Source: a virus. Taken from it: a DNA stretch of 40,229 nt. The DNA lies in the IMG/VR virus record IMGVR_UViG_3300028410_000001; one strand, 5' to 3'. A model generated the notes under the pieces. It was not told where the DNA came from and did no database searches. It saw nothing but the letters and a program-made list of their open reading frames with translations. Position numbers and translations under genes: made by a program. This document shows, piece by piece, positions 34,761-40,229 of the stretch; within the stretch, counting starts at the first letter, position 1, and every line of letters begins with the position of its first letter.

Positions 34761-34788
34761 CTTTGCACCGGCGTCCGCGCCCTAAACC
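34761..34788 (+). promoter_or_regulatory. Late-block repeat motif, copy D: CTTTGCACCGGCGTCCGCGCCCTAAACC
   Basis: Core at 34764-34781, with 15 nt between it and ATG 34797. Confidence 0.55.
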
Positions 34789-34796
34789 AATTCTCA

Positions 34797-35123
34797 ATGA
34801 GCAATCTCAGTGATTTCATCTATTCGCGACACAAAGCCCTAGATATTTCTCCTGACGGGACATACGACCTGCTAGGGTCTAAGAAGAGGTTCACCAGAAT
34901 GATGAACACATCCCCTGAAAAGGCCAGCCTACTGGATATAATCCGCCTGGCACAGCGGGTGCAAGTGCACCCGCTGTGCCTAATCAACCGCTACGGAATG
35001 GGCGACCGATCCCTAAGCCAAGAAGACAAAGACCAATTGGGACTGCACTACGCAGTCCTGCCACTTCATCCCACACCAAAACACAATGCTATCCCATTAT
35101 CCCCCCCCGAAAACGTCGGCTGA
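34797..35123 (+). CDS. Hypothetical early protein, possible Cro/antirepressor-like HTH
   Basis: 108-aa ORF; KASLLDIIRLAQRVQVHPLCLINRYG is weakly HTH-like. Confidence 0.45.
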   Translation: MSNLSDFIYSRHKALDISPDGTYDLLGSKKRFTRMMNTSPEKASLLDIIRLAQRVQVHPLCLINRYGMGDRSLSQEDKDQLGLHYAVLPLHPTPKHNAIPLSPPENVG

Positions 35124-35295
35124 AATACGCAGCAGGATAACACAAATCCACGCGCAGCGCAAAAGCGCGCTGACAACCCAGCACAATTTCAAAAGCTCAA
35201 ACGACCCGGCCCTGGCCGAGTACTGCCTGAGACTTCACCTCCGCCTACATGAGCTGCACTGGGCTCTGGGCGAAAAACCAAAATACGATGCTTAG
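35086..35295 (+). CDS. Hypothetical small protein
   Basis: 69-aa ORF overlapping its neighbour by 38 nt. Confidence 0.35.
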   Translation: MLSHYPPPKTSAEIRSRITQIHAQRKSALTTQHNFKSSNDPALAEYCLRLHLRLHELHWALGEKPKYDA

Positions 35296-35566
35296 TCCTG
35301 ACGCCGCACAACGCAAAGCCATCCGATTCTTCGAGCAAAAGACATCCGAGGGCTACGACATGAGTTCTTGGAAGATTCTCCGCTCCCACCCCACCAAGGT
35401 AACTCCTGCCAACCTCGTCCTTCTTGCTGCGGCAACCGATGAAGACATTGGTACTCTGATAAGTCACGGAATCGGTCTGGACAACAGACTGAGCGACTTT
35501 GAGCCCCACGTTATCATCGATCGTCGGGGCATCCGCCCCCGGCATAATACCTACGAATTTGATTAG
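35288..35566 (+). CDS. Hypothetical early protein
   Basis: ATG 35288 (MLSPDAAQRK...) in frame in track ORF 35249-35566. Confidence 0.45.
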   Translation: MLSPDAAQRKAIRFFEQKTSEGYDMSSWKILRSHPTKVTPANLVLLAAATDEDIGTLISHGIGLDNRLSDFEPHVIIDRRGIRPRHNTYEFD

Positions 35567-35602
35567 GTCGTCTTTTTTTTCATGAGATTATGATAGTAGA
35601 TA

Positions 35603-35630
35603 CCCCCTGGCTTCGGCCAGGGGGCCTTTT
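35603..35630 (+). terminator. Rho-independent terminator/attenuator with a UUCG loop
   Basis: ccccctggc-ttcg-gccaggggg followed by cctttt. Confidence 0.6.
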
Positions 35631-35642
35631 AAAAAACTCACC

Positions 35643-36032
35643 ATGCTTGCAACAGATATAGGCGAAAAACTAAAAGCTGCCACTCGTGTGCTGGAAAGCA
35701 TGAAAGTGCGAGTCCGACAGTGGAATCAAAAATCTGAGGCAAAAGATCGCCTCAAAATAATGGAACGCGCAGACGAGATAATGACCATCGAGATGGCTAT
35801 CCTTAGTGCTTCCCGCGACCTAAAGCCCATAGTTATTTCGGAGGACTTTGATGGGGCGTACAAGCGAGGGTTTGAGACTGCTCGCCGCCGATTCTCCCCT
35901 TCCGAGCACGGTATTGTTGATCGTCGCCGTGTCGAATTCGACAACTTCGGTAGCCCTTACAATCCGGCCAACGAAGCAAAGCGCAAAGCGCACAACGCCG
36001 GGCAGGCAGAAAAGTGGGAAGACCACTACTAG
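35643..36032 (+). CDS. Hypothetical early protein
   Basis: 129-aa charged ORF. Confidence 0.5.
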   Translation: MLATDIGEKLKAATRVLESMKVRVRQWNQKSEAKDRLKIMERADEIMTIEMAILSASRDLKPIVISEDFDGAYKRGFETARRRFSPSEHGIVDRRRVEFDNFGSPYNPANEAKRKAHNAGQAEKWEDHY

Positions 36033-36078
36033 CCTCTCCTACCACATCCGACCTTTTCATATTTTATATTTCTTTTCC

Positions 36079-37578
36079 ATGTCACAAGACCCCTTTCTTC
36101 AGCTAGTCGAAGCAGAAATGGCGCAAGCTATGAGCCTCCTGAACGGAGGGGCTGCTATCCGGGAGCGCATCGCGAAGCTAGACCTGCGCAAGATCGCTTT
36201 CCCGCTTCATTGTCTTCCACTCGGTGTTGCCGAGTTTGTGCGGGCCTACATGGAAACCTTCAATAGCCCAGCAGATCACTATGGCCTGGCAATAATGTGT
36301 GCTGCGGGAGCCGCCGTGGGCAACGCTGCACGAATCAATGACCGGGGAACTATGCACCCGGCGGTGCTCAATGCTGTATTTGTCGACGTGCCCGGCAGCG
36401 GGAAAACGCCCACGATCGGAACGGTATTGAAGCCCTTCGTGAAAATCGAAGGTGAGCACCAGCGCGACTACGACCGCGCAATCCACGAGTATAAGCAGGA
36501 GCAAAAGCAGAAGAAAAAAAACGATGATGAGGGTGACGACGAACCACCCTGCCCTGCGGAACTTCTTGTCGGCGATTTTACCCTTGAGTCGCTTATCGAT
36601 GTGCTAGAGCACAATACCCGTGGGGTGCTCGCGTGGGCTGACGAGATAGAGGGATTTATCTCGGCCATGGATAAGTACCGCACGGGCAAAGGTGGCGACG
36701 ATAAGTTTTGGCTTTCGGCCTACACCGGCGAGCCCTACAAAACAAACCGCAGAAACCGCAGCCGACCGGTCTACATACCCCGGGTTTTCTGCCCTTTTAT
36801 GGGCGGCATCCAGCCGGGCTTAATTACTGTCTTCTCTGACGATAAGCGAGATAGTAGCGGGTTCCTTTCCCGCCTGTTGTTCACGAAACCCGCCTTGGCG
36901 AAAAAGCAGCATTACCACAATCAGCGTCCGCACGACAAGCATGCAGCGCACTGGGAGTACTGCGTTCGCCGGCTTTTGGCCGTTCCACCTCGCGAGACCA
37001 TCAGCGACTTTTCAGGCAAGCAATTAGTGACGCCACACGAGATTGAGATGTCGGACGACGCAAGGCAGATTTACGCCGCTTTCGTCAATGGAATCGCCGA
37101 CCGGATTAATGAGCTCGACGAGCTGGACATCACGACCAGATCTACCCTGGTGAAGTTCGAGACGCACCTGTTGCGCTTCGCCCTAATCCTTCACTACCTC
37201 GACTGGGCCAGCACTCCCCCACCCGCACCGATTGAATCGGACAATGAATTTGCCGATCTCCTGGCAGAAGGATACGTTCGCGAAAGCGACATCAGCAAAC
37301 AAAAGATTACTGGCGATGCCATGAAGCGCGCCACCGAAATAGCCGAATACTTCATGGCTACTGGCCTGGAAGTCGTCGGCAAGCTGAAAGACTACGTGAA
37401 TACACTCCCGCCGACGTACCAGGTGTGGTACGAAGAACTGCCCGAGGAGGGCATAACAACCAAGCTTGCGGTGACGCTCGGAGAAGAAGCGACCTTCAGC
37501 TCCAGCACCGTCAAGCGGATGCTTAAAGACCAAAAGCTTTTCAAGAAAGTAGGCCGTGGAGTCTACGAGAAAATTTAA
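36079..37578 (+). CDS. DUF3987-like replication ATPase (YfjI/primase-associated helicase-like)
   Basis: ATG 36079 (MSQDPFLQLVEAEM...). Walker A is VDVPGSGKTPT. LLVGDFTLESLIDVLEHNTRGVLAWADEIEGFISAMDKYR...KFWLSAYTGEPY is typical of DUF3987 proteins. Confidence 0.65.
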   Translation: MSQDPFLQLVEAEMAQAMSLLNGGAAIRERIAKLDLRKIAFPLHCLPLGVAEFVRAYMETFNSPADHYGLAIMCAAGAAVGNAARINDRGTMHPAVLNAVFVDVPGSGKTPTIGTVLKPFVKIEGEHQRDYDRAIHEYKQEQKQKKKNDDEGDDEPPCPAELLVGDFTLESLIDVLEHNTRGVLAWADEIEGFISAMDKYRTGKGGDDKFWLSAYTGEPYKTNRRNRSRPVYIPRVFCPFMGGIQPGLITVFSDDKRDSSGFLSRLLFTKPALAKKQHYHNQRPHDKHAAHWEYCVRRLLAVPPRETISDFSGKQLVTPHEIEMSDDARQIYAAFVNGIADRINELDELDITTRSTLVKFETHLLRFALILHYLDWASTPPPAPIESDNEFADLLAEGYVRESDISKQKITGDAMKRATEIAEYFMATGLEVVGKLKDYVNTLPPTYQVWYEELPEEGITTKLAVTLGEEATFSSSTVKRMLKDQKLFKKVGRGVYEKI

Positions 37579-37653
37579 CCACAACTTCATTTTTTAACCA
37601 AGTGCGCCCTACCCCGTGTCTGGGATAAGGCGCATGCACTCAAGTATTTACTA

Positions 37654-38571
37654 ATGATTACAAGTACAAATATAGGTAGCAACGCCCGGATGATGGGCAT
37701 CGTGTTCAACGCCTTCATCATTTTGTCCATTCTAGTCAACGCTGCGCTGACCGCGCAGTTTGGATGGGAACACAGCGGGGGCGTGTTCGGCGCGCTCATC
37801 ATGCTCCTCTTTTTCGATGGTGCGGCCATCGCCTGGTACCTCGCCCGGAAAAAAGAAGGACTCAGCAGCATGCAGCGAGGAATCGCGAAGCTACTTTCAA
37901 TCGGCACGATTATCGCCAGTACGCTGGTGAGTGTCATCCAGGTACTGCTGAACACTACCCTGGTCGCGTTCAGCACGAACGCCCTGGAAACGATCGGGAA
38001 AGGTGGCCTGATCTTGGTCACCGTAGCGGCGGCTGCCAATTTCCTCGCCCTGTTTGCCTTCCAGTACTTCAGCATCGAAGAACAGAAAGCCGAGCAGCTC
38101 GAAGAACAGAAAGCCCGCGCCAACGACGAGCGTCAGGACATGATAAACGAGGCCCACACGAAGGCCCACACCAAGGCCCGGGCCCGCCTAATGATGCAGA
38201 CGGACGCAATCGCGGAGCGCATGGCCAACGATGCCGAACGCGAGTTCTACGCAGCAATGGACTGCCTGGACATGTACGAAGCACCAGCCGCGCGACCTAA
38301 TAAGGGCGCGGGCGCGGGTGCAAAGAAGAAGGGAAAGAAAGCAAAGAAGGCTACCCCTACCCCGCCCGTAAAAGCGGCAAACTCTGCCTGTGACTGTGGC
38401 ATGCCGATAGGAACATCCGAAGGAGAGTGTGATTATGAACTCGGCGGTAACGGCTGCATGATCGACCTCCGGGCCGAGCAAGAAAAAGCCGCCGCCCGCC
38501 CTATTGATTTCGAGAGTGAGCCGCTCGAACTCCCTGGCTTCGGTGCCGTAACCGACCCGCCGGGAAAGTAG
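37654..38571 (+). CDS. Membrane protein: about 4 TM segments, a coiled coil, a Lys-rich tract and a Cys cluster
   Basis: 305 aa with a hydrophobic N-terminal half. Followed by EEQKAEQLEEQKARANDERQ, then KKKGKKAKKATP, then CDCGMPIGTSEGECDYELGGNGC. Confidence 0.55.
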   Translation: MITSTNIGSNARMMGIVFNAFIILSILVNAALTAQFGWEHSGGVFGALIMLLFFDGAAIAWYLARKKEGLSSMQRGIAKLLSIGTIIASTLVSVIQVLLNTTLVAFSTNALETIGKGGLILVTVAAAANFLALFAFQYFSIEEQKAEQLEEQKARANDERQDMINEAHTKAHTKARARLMMQTDAIAERMANDAEREFYAAMDCLDMYEAPAARPNKGAGAGAKKKGKKAKKATPTPPVKAANSACDCGMPIGTSEGECDYELGGNGCMIDLRAEQEKAAARPIDFESEPLELPGFGAVTDPPGK

Positions 38572-38585
38572 CCAGCCAGGCTGGC

Positions 38586-38699
38586 GTGTGCGGGTATTGC
38601 GGCACCAATTTCCCCTACAGCAATGCCCGCCAACGCTACTGCCACGCCCACCGCCAAGCCAAGTACCGCGACCGCAAAAAGCTGGCAGTAAAAAGTTAA
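38586..38699 (+). CDS. Possible 37-aa zinc-ribbon mini-protein
   Basis: GTG start; (M)CGYCGTNFPYSNARQRYCHAHRQAKYRDRKKLAVKS has CxxC...CxH. It is below the 60-aa track cutoff. Confidence 0.3.
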   Translation: MCGYCGTNFPYSNARQRYCHAHRQAKYRDRKKLAVKS

Positions 38700-38917
38700 G
38701 GTGTTACGCTCAATTAACTGATTGCGTGACATATACAGAAACTGACTGGTATCAGTACGGGCCGCGCCTTGCCCTGAACGCAGGGGAGGCGTGGCCCACT
38801 AATCACTAATTTTCCCATAATGTTTTTTCTGAGTATAGGGAAGTTCCTGTCAGCCTAAACGTAGGATGGCAGGGGGAAGGGCTTCCCCGCTCGGGTAAAA
38901 AACAACCAATATCAACC

Positions 38918-39577
38918 ATGAAACTATATCCAAAAGAAAAACCATCCACCGAGTTCTTCTATGTGCTATTCGTACTACTCGTGTGCGTATATCTCTACCA
39001 CGCAGGGCAATCGCATCTACGCAGCGAAGCCACTCAGGCAGCGATGACGCCAAGCCTCCAGCGCACCCAGCCCGCCCCCAAGCTACCAGATGGGGTGGGG
39101 CAGATGATAGGGAAGTACAGGATGGTCTTTGTTGGCGAGCAGATCAACGCCGAGCAGCTGACTGAATTTCTAGCCACCTACGACATCCGCCACGTCATCG
39201 ACCTGGCCAACGAGGCCAAGGCCGAAAACATACTGCCCAACAGGGAGGAAAGATTTATCGTCGAAAAGACGGGCGCGACCTACTGGCCCTTCAATATCGA
39301 GGGGGAAAATGACCGCCTGAACCAGGTGGTCTTGGCTACCATCGACAGTCTCGTGGACACAGGCCTCCCTCTTTTCGTTCATTGCCGCAATGGCATACAT
39401 AGGGTAGGGGTGGTCAAGGGCCGCGCCTATGCGCGGGATGGTCGACGCTGGAAGGAGGTCGTTGCCTTGCTGCGCTGGGAAAAGGTAGTCATTGATGCAA
39501 AGTACGATAGGTACACAAACGATGTCTGGGAGGCGGTGCAGGCATTCAATCAACCCCCAACCTTCTCTCAGCGATGA
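38918..39577 (+). CDS. Cys-based (dual-specificity/PTP-like) phosphatase with an N-terminal hydrophobic anchor
   Basis: The HCX5R P-loop VHCRNGIHRVG is encoded at 39380-39403. The N-terminus FFYVLFVLLVCVYLY looks like a TM segment or signal anchor. Confidence 0.65.
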   Translation: MKLYPKEKPSTEFFYVLFVLLVCVYLYHAGQSHLRSEATQAAMTPSLQRTQPAPKLPDGVGQMIGKYRMVFVGEQINAEQLTEFLATYDIRHVIDLANEAKAENILPNREERFIVEKTGATYWPFNIEGENDRLNQVVLATIDSLVDTGLPLFVHCRNGIHRVGVVKGRAYARDGRRWKEVVALLRWEKVVIDAKYDRYTNDVWEAVQAFNQPPTFSQR

Positions 39578-39789
39578 ACCATCACTACTCAGATTATCGA
39601 ACTTCGATCTTCGCGTATCTCCAGCACTTATCGCCCAGCCTGCCGTTGGCCGACGTCGTAAAGTGCCTGGAGAAAGATCAACCTGGCTACACTAAAACCG
39701 GAAAAAAGTCAGTAGACAACACCAATTACAATAGGTGGTTTCGGGTTTGCCAGGTCGCCATTCGTTCACGAAGTAAACTAATATCATGA
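39574..39789 (+). CDS. Hypothetical small protein
   Basis: 71-aa ORF with a 4-nt overlap with the upstream gene. Confidence 0.4.
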   Translation: MNHHYSDYRTSIFAYLQHLSPSLPLADVVKCLEKDQPGYTKTGKKSVDNTNYNRWFRVCQVAIRSRSKLIS

Positions 39790-40010
39790 GCAGATACTCG
39801 AAAATAGCAGGAGCCGCCATCGCTGGCATCATCGAAGAGGCGGGGCCTTCCGCATCCTTGATTGAGCTGAAAGGCTTAATCAGAAGAGCTGGCCCCCAGC
39901 GGCCAGACCGGCCCGAGTTTCGCGTCTGGCACCAGGAAGGGAAGCGGGCGATTGACGCGGTGAGAGCTGACAGACTGCGCCCGGTCTCGGGCATTGACCT
40001 TTTTTCGTGA
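39786..40010 (+). CDS. Hypothetical small protein
   Basis: 74-aa ORF with a 4-nt overlap with the upstream gene. Confidence 0.4.
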   Translation: MSRYSKIAGAAIAGIIEEAGPSASLIELKGLIRRAGPQRPDRPEFRVWHQEGKRAIDAVRADRLRPVSGIDLFS

Positions 40011-40102
40011 CTATAAAAATAAGGCAAACAACCACGTCAGCAAAGGCGTGTAACAACCTTAACCCTTGCCAGTACCTTACACAAATAAGCCTTTTTTAGC
40101 GT

Positions 40103-40229
40103 ACACATCCCAGGACGAATTAGACAATTAAAAAAAGATCAAAATGGATAACAAATGCGGCGTGTGCATGGAGCCTACGCAAAATGAGGGCCTTTGTGCT
40201 CTTTGCCAAATAGCTAAGCGTCGTACATG
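40103..40229. repeat. Terminal direct repeat, copy 2 (circular-assembly overlap; truncates a second copy of ORF 42-287)
   Basis: Exact 127-nt match to 1-127. Confidence 0.95.

Larger units (their letters stand above)
1..40102. mobile_element. Complete temperate tailed-phage genome (siphovirus-like: long tape measure, no sheath gene recognised), circularly closed
   Basis: Terminal 127-bp exact overlap. Full set of phage modules present: integrase, repressor, SSB, terminase, portal, protease, capsid, tape measure, fibres, holin, endolysin. Confidence 0.85.

Noticed and set aside
37587-38481. Minus-strand ORFs (178 aa at 37587-38123 and others) and the plus-strand off-frame ORF 37764-38300 overlapping the membrane-protein gene
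   Set aside because: These are shadow frames of 37654-38571. The sense frame gives clean TM helices and a coiled coil, while the alternatives are Arg/Ser/Ala-rich low-complexity sequences.

Overview
The window is a complete, circularly closed temperate tailed-phage genome of about 40.1 kb. Bases 1-127 recur exactly at 40103-40229, which looks like an assembly overlap, so the unique length is 40102 bp. One long plus-strand late block runs 3171-31772: holin, tape measure, tail/baseplate proteins, two collagen-like tail fibres, amidase endolysin, S49 prohead protease, scaffold, capsid, portal and large terminase. A small minus-strand accessory island (24562-25607) interrupts it. A minus-strand lysogeny module (tyrosine integrase 32056-33108; XRE/cI-type repressor 33699-34123) faces a plus-strand early/replication block. 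That block holds SSB, a DUF3987-like ATPase, a membrane protein, a Cys-phosphatase and many small ORFs, and it runs through the coordinate origin to 3055. Start codons lack Shine-Dalgarno sequences and several TAnnTTTG boxes are present, which suggests a Bacteroidota host (inference). The most notable non-genic signals are: (1) an 18-nt GC-rich core motif repeated ahead of late gene blocks; (2) a GNRA-hairpin motif repeated ahead of three early genes; (3) helically phased TTGACCC repeats in inverted clusters flanking int; (4) a structured leader with mutually exclusive pairings at 7370-7530; (5) a repressor gene whose frame is broken at an A8 tract. No tRNA, rRNA or CRISPR array was seen. All functional calls come from motif recognition by eye; no database search or folding computation was run.
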